Part shown: positions 35,801 to 47,708 of the stretch, one piece after another
How the letters are laid out: each line of letters begins with the position of its first letter
Position numbering within the stretch: the stretch's first letter is position 1
Assembly (NCBI GenBank): GCA_002269645.1
Contig: NIVC01000126.1
Location: 959,629-1,023,628 of the forward strand
Origin: Macrostomum lignano
Taxonomy: Eukaryota
Reading direction: 5' to 3'
Length of the DNA: 64,000 bases
Position numbers and translations under genes: made by a program
Notes under the pieces: generated by a model
Database searches by the model: none
Told to the model about the DNA's origin: nothing
What the model saw: only the letters and a program-made list of their open reading frames with translations

Positions 35801-38315
35801 TGTCTTAGTTAGATTTTTAGTTAGTGTCTTAGTGTCTGTCATAGTAAGATTCTTAGTGTCTGTCTTAGTTAGTGTCTTAGTGTATGTCTTAGTTAGATTC
35901 TTAGTTAGCGTCTTGGTGTCTGTCTTAGTTAGATTCTTAGTTAGTGTCTTGGTGTCTGTCTTAGTTAGTGTCTTAGTGTCTGTCTTAGTTAGATTCTTAG
36001 TTAGTGTCTTAGTGTCTGTCTTAGTTAGTGTCTTGGTGTCTGTCTTAGTTAGTGTCTTGGTGTCTGTCTTAGTTAGATTCTTAGTTAGTGTCTTAGTGTC
36101 TGTCTTAGTTAGTGTCTTAGTGTCTGTCTTAGTTAGATTCTTAGTGTCTCTGTCTTAGTGTCTTGGTGTCTGTCTTAGTTAGATTCTTAGTGTCTTAGTG
36201 TCTGTCTTAGTTAGTGTCTTAGTTAGATTCTTAGTGTCTTAGTGTCTGTCTTAGTTAGATTCTTAGTGTCTGTCTTAGTTAGATTCTTAGTTAGTGTCTT
36301 AGTGTCTGTCTTAGTTAGTGTCTTGTGTCTGTCTTAGTTAGATTCTTAGTGTCTGTCTTAGTTAGATTCTTAGTGTCTCTGTCTTAGTGTCTTGGTGTCT
36401 GTCTTAGTTAGATTCTTAGTGTCTTAGTGTCTGTTTTAGTTAGTGTCTTAGTGTCTGTCTTAGTGTCTGTCTTAGTTAGATTCTTAGTGTCTGTCTTAGT
36501 TAGATTCTTAGTTAGTGTCTTAGTGTCTGTTTTAGTTAGTGTCTTGGTGTCTGTCTTAGTTGGTGTCTTAGTGTCTGTCTTAGTTAGTGTCTTAGTGTAT
36601 GTCTTAGTTAGTGTCTTGGTGTCTGTCTTAGTTAGTGTCTTAGTGTCTGTCTTAGTTAGATTCTTAGTTAGTGTCTTAGTGTCTGTCTTAGTTAGTGTCT
36701 TAGTTAGTGTCTTAGTGTCTGTCTTAGTTAGTGTCTTGGTGTCTGTCTTAGTTAGTGTCTTAGTGTCTGTCTTAGTTAGATTCTTAGTTAGTGTCTTAGT
36801 GTCTGTCTTAGTTAGTGTCTTAGTGTATGTCTTAGTGTCTGTCTTAGTTAGTGTCTTAGTGTATGTCTTAGTTAGTGTCTTGGTGTCTGTCTTAGTTAGT
36901 GTCTTAGTGTCTGTCTTAGTTAGATTCTTAGTTAGTGTCTTAGTGTCTGTCTTAGTTAGTGTCTTAGTGTATGTCTTAGTGTATGTCTTAGTTAGTGTCT
37001 TAGTGTCTGTCTTAGTTAGTGGCTTAGTGTATGTCTTAGTTAGTGTCTTAGTGTATGTCTTAGTTAGTGTCTTAGTGTCTGTCTTAGTTAGATTCTTAGT
37101 TAGTGTCTTAGTGTCTGTCTTAGTTAGTGTCTTAGTGTATGTCTTAGTTAGTGTCTTGGTGTCTGTCTTAGTTAGATTCTTAGTGTCTCTTAGTTAGATT
37201 CTTAGTGTCTTAGTGTCTGTTTTAGTTAGTGTCTTAGTGTCTGTCTTAGTTAGATTCTTAGTGTCTTAGTGTCTGTCTTAGTTAGATTCTTAGTGCCTAT
37301 CTCAGTGTCTGTCTTAGTGCCTTAGTGTCAGTCTTAGTGCCTGTCCCAGGCTGTCTGTCTGACTGCCTGTCTGTTTTTCAATAATACCCTGGCGAAGACC
37401 CAGTTTCGGTCGAAATATTGGTACTTTTGTTCATGCTTGGGCGCAACCTAGGGATTGACCCGGCCGTTTTATTAGAGGCAGGGGGGTTGTGTGCACCCTG
37501 GCGCACTTTAAGCGACATAGGCACACAACCGGCGAGAGGCATTACTGCCCATTCCGCAGACTCCCCTGAGCAGGCATACAAGCGCGCGGATACGTACGCA
37601 GGCACACACTCACACAGGAGTGTACAGCGGCCCTAACTTTATTTTATCGTTAGGCATGCACACTTCACTGTGCCTTGGGGGGTTGGCTCTCAAGGCCGTT
37701 AATTGCACGAGCAGAGCCAAGCCGAGATTCCAATTCAGCCCCAAATTAATGTGACTGCACTTGGAATCGAGCCTGGGCCGCTGGCACACCAGAGCCTGCG
37801 CTAGACCGCTGGGCTACGGCCCCCTTCACCCGGCCGTTTCTATTGGCAACACACATGTAAGTCGCTATTGGACGGAATAGTAGTCACGTGACTGTTTTCA
37901 GCCAATAGCGACTTACATGTGTGTGTTGCCAATAGAAACGGCCGAGTGATTCCCAAGGTTGCGCATGTATGCTTTTGTTAAAATTTAATAAAAAAATTGT
38001 GATTTTGCTTTTACTGTGTGTGTGTGGTTCTCTTTGCCTAATCTATATCTATCTATCTATCTATCAATCTATCAATTTATCTATCTATCCATCCATCTAT
38101 CTACCTTATCGATCTATCAATCAATCAATCAATCAATCTATCTACCTATCAATCAATCAATCAATCTATCTATCTATCTACCTATCAATCTATCAATCTA
38201 TCAATATATCAATCTATCTATCCATCTATCTATCTATCTATCTATCTATCAACCTATCAATCTATCTATCAATCCATCAACCTATCAATCTATTTACCAA
38301 TCTATCTATCTATCA

Positions 38316-38404
<89 letters not shown>

Positions 38405-38775
38405 CCTATCAATCAATCAATCTATCTATCTATCTATCCATCTATCTATCTATCTACCTATCAATCTATCTATCTATCTATCTATCTACCTATCAATCAA
38501 TCAATCAATCAATTTATCTATCTATCTATCCATCTATCTATCTATCTACCTATCAATCTATCTATCTATCTATTTATCTACCTATCAATCAATCAATCAA
38601 TCTATCTATCTTTCTATCCATCTATCTATCTATCTACCTATCAATCTATCAATCTATCTATCTATCTACCTATCAATCAATCAATCTATCTATGTATCTA
38701 TCTATCTATCCATCTATCTATCTATCTACCTATCAATCTATCTATCTATCTATCTATCTACCTATCAATCAATCA

Positions 38776-38806
<31 letters not shown>

Positions 38807-41594
38807 CATCTATCTATCTATCTACCTATCAATCTATCTATCTATCTATCTACCTATCAATCTATCTATCTATCTATCTATCTACCTATCAATCTATCAA
38901 TCTATCTATCTATCGATCAGAGCCGCTATACACCCTGTGTGAGCGTGTGTATGATTGCGCGCCTGTGGATGGTATCCGCACTCTTGTATGCGCAGAATTG
39001 CGTCAGCACTGGTTGTGGGTCGATGTCGCCGAAGGCGTTGCGCCAGAGTGCCAGCAACTTTCTCTATGATTATTATTTCATATCTATCTCTGTATCTGCT
39101 AGTGCTCGTCTTATAATCCCCTAAAGTACATATAGAGAAAACAAAATACACTTACTTGCACTCGGCACAGATCGGAGTTCAACAAAGAGTTAAACAGCTT
39201 CGATTTGCCAACATTGGTACAGCCGAGCAGATAGAAATCCCGTCTGTTATTGTCGCCAATCTGTTGAATCAGATAGCTAACCAGGCGCTCAACATTGTAG
39301 CCGGTTTTGGCGCTAACCAGCATCACTTTAGCTACATCCGATAGGCCTGCCTGACGGCAGTAGGATCGAACTCGGGCTGCCCAGCGTTTCTCGAATACGG
39401 CCGCGTCACGGCAGAGCAAATCCACTTTGTTGCCAACCACTATTAGCTGCCTGTCTGCGCCTGGAGGGGGTAGCGGGTATTTAGCGGGTGGACAGGTAGA
39501 GAAGTAGATACAAAGGGGGGAATTATATGAGTAAACACAGAGAAGGGGAATTAGATGAATAGATACAAAGGAGGAAGAATTAGATGAGTAGATACAGAAT
39601 CCGGGAAATCAGATGAGTAGATACAGAATAGGGGGAATTAGATGAGCAGATACAGAATCGGGAGAATTAGATGAGTAGTTACAGAGGGAATTGGATATAA
39701 GTAGATACAGAATCGGAGGAATTAGATGAGCAGATACAGGGAGGGGAATTAGATGAGTAGATACAGGGAGGGGAATTAGATGAGTAGATACAGAATCGGG
39801 GAATTAGATGAGAATTAGATGAGTAAATACAGAATCGGGGAATTAGATGAGTAGATACAGAATCGGGGGAATTAGATGAGTAGATACAGAATCGAGGAAT
39901 TAGATGAGAATTAGGTGAGTAGATACAGAATCGGGGAATTAGATGAGAATTAGATGAGTAGATACAGAATCGAGGAATTAGATGGGAATTAGATGAGTAG
40001 ATACAGAGGAAGTAAGTAAAATTTCTGTACCCGAAAGCAAAACATCAGTTATATAAAATAAACTCTCACTAATAAGCTTTCCCAGCTCAGGCACAATAGT
40101 CATCGGCAATCTGGTCAAATCTACAATATGAATCAATAGCGACTTGTTCGATTTTTTAACAGCCTCAAGCACGACTGGCCATTGATCTTTGCTGACGCTG
40201 GCTTCTAAAGCTTCGTCGTGTTTGCGCATCAGGTGACAACGAAGGCACAGTAGGCTGCTCAACGCGCTACCCGGCACAGACGCAGTGGTGGCAGCGGACG
40301 AACCGAGTCCCGCTGCTGATTGGCCAGCCGAGGCCAGGGCGGCCGTGAGAGTCTCCGCTGGCACAAAGCCGGCGAAGGCGATGTTGGCGCATTGTAGAGG
40401 AGCGCCGCAGCCGTGGCAGGGGTAGCGGGTGACTGGCACCTGTTTGGGGAGGCATTGGGGAAGGCCGTTGTGAGACAAACTGTTGTTTGTACTGTTTAGA
40501 TAGGCCCAGCAACTGAGGATCTGGGAGGCTGGCCCAGCAACTGAGGATCTGGGAGGCTGGCCCAGCAACTGGAAATCTGGGAGGCTGGCCCAGCAACTGG
40601 AAATCTGGGAGGCTGGCCCAGCAACTGGAAATCTGGGAGGCTGGCCCAGCAGCTGGAAATCTGGGAGGCTGGCCCAGCAGCTGGAAATCTGGGAGGCTGG
40701 CCCAGCAACTGGAAATCTGGGAGGCTGGCCCAGCAGCTGGAAATCTGGGAGGCTGGCCCAGCAGCTGGAAATCTGGGAGGCTGGCCCAGCAGCTGGAAAT
40801 CTGGGAGGCTGGCCCAGCAGCTGGAAATCTGGGAGGCTGGCTCAGCAACTGGAAATCTGGGAGGCTGGCTCAGCAACTGGGGATCTGGGAGGCTGGCCCA
40901 GCAACACCGGATCACCCAGCACTGATAATTGAAGACTCGAGAGTGGGCATTTAGACAGGAAATATCTAAAAAACACTTTCATCCCCCCCAAAAAAACTAC
41001 CGCAGGATCCTCCGAGCCGTGCTTAGTGATTCGGCCGCTGCCTTTGGCAATGAGAGCGGACACCACAGGATCGGCGGCCTCGGCTTCGGCCATGACATCG
41101 GCTTCAAGCGAAGCCAAATCTGACCCGGTCTTGTCCAGCAAGTCTCGATATGATTCCACAGAGACGGCTGACTGAGACTGTTCCCGCTCAAGTTCAGCCG
41201 GCTCGTTCTCCAATTCTTTAGCAAATTCAGCCTGAGCAACTATAGATACCGGTCTCTTGCGCTGACTGTTAACCTTAGCAACATCGATGGGTTCCTTAGC
41301 AACGCTAAGCCCATTGGGGTCGAGGCCTACTATGCCGCGTTTAATACTGTACCGCCAGTCGCGCTGGGCCCGCGTGTAGCCAGGCAGGCTGTCTGGCGGC
41401 CGGCTCTTCGGTGTGGCATGACTTGGCCCGGTTTCGAAACCGCAACCGCGGCGACGGCGAGGAGTGCGGCGAGGCAACGGCGAGGAGGATGAGTCGGAGG
41501 AGGCACTAAGCGCGGCACTGCAACACCGAGGTGCGCTTGCAAGACGCTGTAAGCGTCTATTAATTGTCAACAATCCGGCTAGCATGATTGGCAA
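32877..41594 (-). CDS. NOA1: Nitric oxide-associated protein 1 (mitochondrial circularly permuted GTPase, YqeH family), 808 aa
   Basis: Exons 41594-41001, 40439-40070, 39460-39156, 35230-34781, 33849-33709, 33443-32877 sum to 2427 nt in frame. Zinc-finger CHGCG..CLRC, GNKVDL (G4), GCTNVGKS (G1), SPLAGTT (G2), DTPG (G3) in permuted order; Arg-rich N-terminal presequence. Confidence 0.95.
34060..34635. repeat. Interstitial telomere-like array in NOA1 intron 4
   Basis: TTAGGG/TTTAGG variants organised as 24-bp GGGTTTAGGTTAGGGGTTATATTT units. Confidence 0.85.
35260..37345. repeat. 2.1-kb satellite of 12-bp subunits in NOA1 intron 3
   Basis: TTAGTGTCTGTC, TTAGTTAGTGTC and TTAGTTAGATTC shuffled in tandem. 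Confidence 0.96.
37385..37423 (+). ncRNA. Minimal type I hammerhead-ribozyme-like motif (core variant)
   Basis: TACC-CTGGCGA-A-GACC(CAGTTTC)GGTC-GAAA-TATT-GGTA: stem I TACC/GGTA, stem II GACC/GGTC, palindromic mini stem III ATAT. Core has G at the normally invariant A6. Confidence 0.5.
37470..37824 (-). mobile_element. tRNA-derived SINE, copy 2, with 12-bp TSD
   Basis: Reverse complement starts GGGGGCCGTAGCCCAGCGG (A box TAGCCCAGCGG), B box GGCTCGATTCC. ACCCGGCCGTTT is duplicated at 37458-37469 and 37828-37839. Confidence 0.88.
37831..37944. repeat. 114-bp hairpin element (41-bp arms)
   Basis: CGGCCGTTTCTATTGGCAACACACATGTAAGTCGCTATTGG and its reverse complement (one extra CA); the loop contains palindrome AGTCACGTGACT. 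Confidence 0.9.
38040..38915. repeat. (TCTA)n/(TCAA)n tetranucleotide microsatellite
   Basis: ~870 bp of TCTA with TCAA/CCTA/TCCA variants. Confidence 0.98.
38922..39051 (+). mobile_element. Diverged relative of the SINE 3' half
   Basis: Collinear blocks GCCGCT(A/G)TACAC, GTATCCGC...CTTGTATGC, GGTTGTG.G.C.ATGTCGC and GCGCCAGAGTGC shared with ~14781-14930. Confidence 0.7.
39520..40010. repeat. ~28-bp minisatellite in NOA1 intron 2
   Basis: GAATTAGATGAGTAGATACAGAATCGGG variants. Confidence 0.9.
40500..40905. repeat. 28-bp minisatellite in NOA1 intron 1
   Basis: Tandem GGCCCAGCA(A/G)CTGGAAATCTGGGAGGCT. Confidence 0.96.
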
Positions 41595-44500
41595 TGGAAT
41601 CGAAAATAGTTAAAATGTTGCACAAGCTCGAAACTTTGGATTTCTAATTAACATAAGTAAACTGTTGCAAAGATTTTGTACGAGGGGTGTCCCCAGAAGT
41701 CGGTGCAATTTCTTCACTACAGCCTGTTCTGACCAATTAGAAATATTTAGTCTGTTGCAGTTGAAAAGAGAGAATTATCTGCCCATTAAAATGACTTTTT
41801 TATTTCTGTATCTGCTGGCATTCTAAAGGTATTAAACTTTACTGCCCCAACCCCCTGCACTACTTCTACAAAATTGCCATAGAGCAAAGCCTTATGTGTT
41901 ATTCAAGCACTATGGATTTATAATTTGATTCCAATACTTAATAGTTTCACAAGATAGCTAATAGATTCTTTTTTCTAACCTTAATAATTAACTAGATATG
42001 TTTATAGATAGACTAGATTTCAAAGTAGAAAGAAATTTTATAATATAATTAAATAAATTATGAACTATCCACCAATATTGAGTTTAAAGAATCCAGGTAT
42101 ATATTTCAATACAATACAATAGATAAAAAGTAGAAAAATACAATGGAATTCCTAAATAAGCTAGGCCTATTATTGTATTAGCAATTGTTAGTTACAGTAA
42201 CTATGCAAATAGCATAGAAGTTTTTTATGGTTCATATAAAACAAATACTATCAAAATAAGATAATAATAAACTTGCAATGCAAATAGAAATGTGGAATCT
42301 ACAATGGAATTAGAATAGAATCCATGATCCATATCATACAATAGGGTCCATTAAAAATGTCTATAGACAAATTGCCTACCAAGATTTGTCTATCAAGATT
42401 TGCCTACTAAGCTTTTCCTGCCAAGATTTATTTAGTGTAATTTGCTTGTAAATAAATTGCCCATAAGCAAATTACCCATAAGCAAATTACCCATAAGCAA
42501 ATTGCCCACAATGCTTTTTTTCTTTTAGCACATTTAGCCACAAGGTAGATTTTCTCTATATTGCCTCTATAATGCTTAATAAATTTAAAAAAATACTAAA
42601 TCAAAATATTTTGATAGCCTAATAAACTGCATATCAGATGCATATTTTTAAAGCAAAGGAGGTAATACAGATAGAATTTAGTTGCCAAATATGCTGTAGG
42701 AGAAAAGCATTGCAGGCAAACCTTGGTGAAAAAACTTGGTAGGCAATTTACTTATTGGCAATTCATTTGAAGGCAAATTGCACTATAGAAAAATCTTAGA
42801 AAGCAATTCTTGGCTAGCAAATCTCCATGGCTAAGCCAAGAAATTTGCTCATGGGCAAAATGCATTGTAAGCAAATCTTAGCAAGAACTTGGCAAACAAA
42901 TCTCTAATGGGTAATTCTCTTGCAGGCTCATTTCATAGAAGATGGACATATTTGGAAAATAGAAAAAAGTCAATATTTTTGCTTGCCATTGCCTTATTAG
43001 CCTATTTTTTACCAAATGTTTTTTTATGTGCAATATATATAATCTAAGAATAAAGGAATGGTAAAATGTTGAATTAGTATGTTATTATCAATTGGCGAAA
43101 AGTCAATTTTGTAAAAATTTGGACATTTTTTGAAGCAAAAAACATCATTAAGATTTTGTACCTTTTAAAAACAAATAGAAAGCTTTTGAAGGTTGAAACA
43201 AACTATAGATAAAAGCATAGTACTTGCATCATCAGATAAAAGCATTGGTGACCAAATAATCTATTATATTTTTTGTATTAGTACCTCAAAGTTACTGAAT
43301 TGATAGAAAAAATATGTTACAACCATAATGTTATGACCATAAGGCTGCCTTTTATTTTGTATCTTTGTTGCCTTTTGAGTTTATATATTCTAATAAAAGA
43401 GTATGATTTCTAAAGATGTTCTTAGTCAAATTTTAAAAATGTATTGCAAAATATAGAAAATGAAAAATGTTATAAGACTTTTACCTTTTAGGTTCTATAT
43501 GTCAAAAATTCAAGGTTTAAGGTTTAATAGCATCTATACTAATGATGATATCTATATGAAACTCTATAAATATATTCTAGACAAAATAATATTTCATTTA
43601 AAATATTGGTTTAGTATATTCTATTATTAGATTTCATTTTATAAGTAAAAATAGCCTGTCATGTTACGACCATACTTATATGGAATGAGCCTGCAGACAA
43701 TTCATTTGCAGCTTATAGGCATTGATTTTTGTGCTCTAAAATGGAATAGCATGGTAAAATGCAAACCTTATAGCATAGGCTAAAGTAAAAACAAAATGGT
43801 AAATTATAAAGAGATATAATAGATACAATGAAAATAATCATATTCAAAATTGTCATATAATGCTAAAAACTTGAACAAGTCTATAAGTCTATATAGCGTA
43901 TCTTAAAATTATAAAATTATAGATGATAGATTGAGAGAAATTGAGAAATTATTAGATTGCCTCACTGCCCTTGCCTAAAAGATAAAAACTTGTTTAATTT
44001 GATTACTTTGTATTTGGTTATAGATGATACTGAATACCAGTACTGGACTATTTATCTAACCAGCTATTTGTCTGTTAGTTTTCAGGCAGACAAATAGTCC
44101 AAATTGAAAAGTTAAAAAAATTTCTAAATGGTACTACACTGAGATTGCTAAAACATGTCACTAAAGCATCTTGTCACCAATGTGTCTAAAAACCTATGTT
44201 GGTTACCATATCCACTATTTAGCACTAGTAGATGAATCGCGAATAGTCCATTGGCCATTTTCCTATGGTAGACAAATAGTCCGACAGACAAATAGTCTTA
44301 GTTCTATATGATTTTGATGGTTTACTATGACAAATAAGCTTTAAGTTATAAATTGTTTTGTTGGCAAACAAAAATATTGCCAACATTGGCACAATGAGCT
44401 AAGGGTCACTAGTTAGATTGTCATAGTCATATTCCATTTTGTCATATCGGATGACAAAGTTACCAGAAGCAAAGTAGCTTAAAAAATAATATAACGAAGT

Positions 44501-44764
44501 GGCCAAATATTTAGTTATGCTGGATAGATACTTTGTCATCAACCAATCAATCTGTGTAGGATTCGAGTTTGTTTTTTTGTTTAATAAATAGGGCCTATAA
44601 GCTGTGGCAAGTAGAACTGATCAATTGACAGGTTTTATCAATTGAGATAACAAAATGACTGGGATGATTAGGATCCCAAGATGAAGATATGTTTGATTGT
44701 TACATTAATTCACTTGAAGTTGGAACTAATATGATTAGTGGATGACAAAATGACTCTCTTTAAA

Positions 44765-46810
44765 TCTCTACATATAAAAATCAAAACTCCGTTGTGTATG
44801 TGTGTGTGTCTGTGTACAAATTTGATCACTATGGACTCCCAAACCGCTCAACCAAATGACACCAAACTTTACACCTACCCTAAACTTACTATGGAGAATG
44901 TCTTAGGCTACCTTTAAATTTCCTAGACTCAAGTCTTCCTACCTAAAAGTACAAAAAACTGCTCAAAATGTGCGATTTTTTCACTAAATCCTCTATAGCG
45001 CCACTCCACTTCTACCGATTCTCTTCAAAATTGACACAGACAATTTTCAACTATTTTGACACAATTGTGTAAAATTTCAAGTCTCAAAGTTAATCCTGAA
45101 AGCCGCTGTGCACTTTTAAAGTTAGGCTGTTTTTTTCAGCGTAGCAACCACCCCAACCTCCGCCCGCCTGCCTCTCTTTCCCAATCCCGATCTGGGCCCA
45201 GATGTGTAAAAGGGTTTCAAAATTGACTAACTTTCAGTTGCCATAAGTTTGCTCCATGTAAAGCGATTGACTCCCAACTTGACACAATTCTTCATTGACT
45301 CATTCTCTATCTAAATGTAAAGTTTCAACTCTGTAACTCAACCGAAATAGAAACTGTAAGCATGTGAAGTTTGTCTGCTTTTTCTGTTGTTTGTGCCACT
45401 CACTCACTCATTCCCCCAGAGCCAGATGAAGGGTCAGGCGATAGGACTGAATGTACATAGCAAATGTACAGTGTTTTGGAATAACTTTATTTATAGCCTT
45501 CTCGCAATCTCGCACCCCGAGAGTGGAGAGGCTACGTTTAGCCATAACAGTTTAGTGAGAAATTCTAACCACTGCCCTCCGCTCTGTATTGGCAAACTCT
45601 GCAGCAGTTTAACAGTGGATGGCAATTGGCAAATCGAGGCAATCCAGCATGGTTTGTAAAAGAGAAATATTTATGTGAAAAGGCGATGCGATGCAATGAA
45701 ATACAACCCTACTAAATTAGGCATACCATGGAAATTTTAAGTTTCTCTTAAAAGTACGTTGAAATTTAAATGGCCTAAGAAATGCGTATTTCCTTGGTTG
45801 TTAGACCGATGAAGACTGCAGTGGAGCTGAAGATACACAAATTCCTTTCAGGGCTGCAAATTGGCAAGAAAGATGACGTGATCAAAGCATGAGAATAACG
45901 ATGAGAGTAGTACGTCCCACAAACTGGCTTTCGAAGCAGGGATCGACAGACTTTTACTTCAAAAGCCAGATAAAAAATCCAGCTTATGTGCGGGCCAGAT
46001 GAGAGTGGAAAGGAGAAGGAATAGACTATTAGAAGAGAGGAGAGGCGAGAGGGGGATATGATAAAACATGAAAGATAAGAGGAGAGACAAGTGGTGAGGA
46101 GAGAGCAGAGAAGAAGGGAGGAAGAAGCGAGAGGAGGGGAGAAAGGAGGGAGAGGAAAGAGTAAAGGTGAGAAGAGGGGAGAGAAGAGACAGAGGATCAA
46201 TGAGAGGAGAGTAAAGAAGAGTGAGAAGAGAGTAGAGATGAGAGAGCAGAAAGAAGATGACAGAGGTTCAAGAGGAGAGCAGAGAGTAGAAAGGATAGAG
46301 AAGAGAGGAGATAAGAGGAGATAAGAGGGGGAGAGAGGAGTGAGAAGAGAAGAGATAGAGATAATAGAGGGGTGTAAGAAGAGGGGAGAAAGGAGAGATG
46401 AGATTGTAGAGATGAGACAAATGAAAGGAGAGATGAGAGAGTAAAGATGAGAGATGAAAAAGGTGAGAGGAGAGTGCAGAGAGACGAGAGAAGATAATAG
46501 AGGAGAGAGAGTATAGAAGAGGGAAGAGAAAAGAAGAGAGGAGTAAGGAAAGAGAGGAGTCAGAAGAGGTGAAAGAGAAGAGTACAGAGGAGATAAGTGA
46601 GAGAACGTATAAGAGAGTAAAGTTGACAGATGAGAGAGCAGAGATGAGAGTGAACAGACGAGAGATGGGAGAGTAGAGAGAACAGATGAGAGATAAGAGA
46701 GAAGAGATTACAGAGACTAGAGGAGAGAGGAGAGACAGGGAGAGAGAAGAGGAAATATGAGAAAGAAGAAGGGAGAGAGTAGAGAGGAGAAGAGAGATGG
46801 GAGAGGAGAG

Positions 46811-46882
<72 letters not shown>

Positions 46883-47708
46883 AGAGAGAGCAGAGCAGAG
46901 CAGAGAGAAATGACAAGAGATAAGAGAGAAAAGATAAAAGAAGAGAAAGGAGAGATAAAAACGCAGACAAGAGAGAAGAGAGGTGAGGGAAGAGACGAGT
47001 GACGAGGGGAGAGAGAAGAGATAAACAAGAAAAGAGATAAGAGGAAAGAGAGAGAGGAAAGAGGTGAGAGAAGAGACGAGAGAAGAGGGGAGAGAGGAGA
47101 GAGAGAGGAAAGAGTAGAGAGGAGAGATGAGAGAGTAGAGAAGAGAGTTAAGAGAAGAGAGAAAAGAATAGAGAGGAGAAGGAAGAGACGAGAGAAGAGG
47201 GGGAGAGAGGAGAGAGAAAAGAGAAAACAAAAAAATAGAGAGGAGAGAGGAGAGGAGAGAGAAAAGAAGAGGGAAGAGATGAGATAACAGATATGAAAGA
47301 GAAGAGAGATGAGGGAAGATATGAGAGAAGAGAGAAGAGAAGAGAGAGGAGAGAGGAGAGAGGAGAAACGAGGGACGAGAGAGAAGAGAGGAAACAGAAG
47401 AGACGATAGAAATTTTAAAGGATCCAAGGGACGTAGGGAGAGTCAGGGAAAGGCCAGAGTTTGCCAATATATGTTTTAGAGTCGGACAGACATTGCCTGA
47501 CATTCTTCGGAGTACCCCAGCCAACAATATCAATGTTTGCCTCAAACCCTAATTTTAAACAAATGTGCTCCATTTTATGTCTACTTCTATCCTACGAACT
47601 ATTAACAAGTTTTTGTTTGTTTATGGCCTTAGATTTCAGAATACATGCAAAAGTAGTTCTGGGGATTAGAATTCCCCGGGTTCAAAATCCGCGGGTTTCA
47701 ACAGCTTG
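44765..47708 (+). mobile_element. Non-autonomous Helitron-like element, copy 1
   Basis: Inserted between A and T. 5' TCTCTACATATAAAAATC followed by (TG)n; 3' GC-rich hairpin CCCCGGGTTCAAAATCCGCGGG then CAACAGCTTG|T; no TSD. Ends coincide with those of the inverted copy 51048-54155. Confidence 0.75.

Noticed and set aside
38906-39151. ORF 38906-39151 as an extra NOA1 exon
   Set aside because: NOA1 joins in frame from 39156 to 35230 (CRVQ|VEERYHRATVSP), matching homolog spacing; the segment is SINE-related.
42370-42900. Old foldback element of GCAAATT/TTTGC subrepeats (also GACTATTT..AAATAGTC at 44045-44300)
   Set aside because: Inverted symmetry is visible but too degenerate to define ends or a TSD.
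45775-47545. Long Leu/Ser-rich ORFs (also 51207-52916)
   Set aside because: Translations of the CT/GA low-complexity tract inside the Helitron-like repeats; no Rep/helicase motifs.
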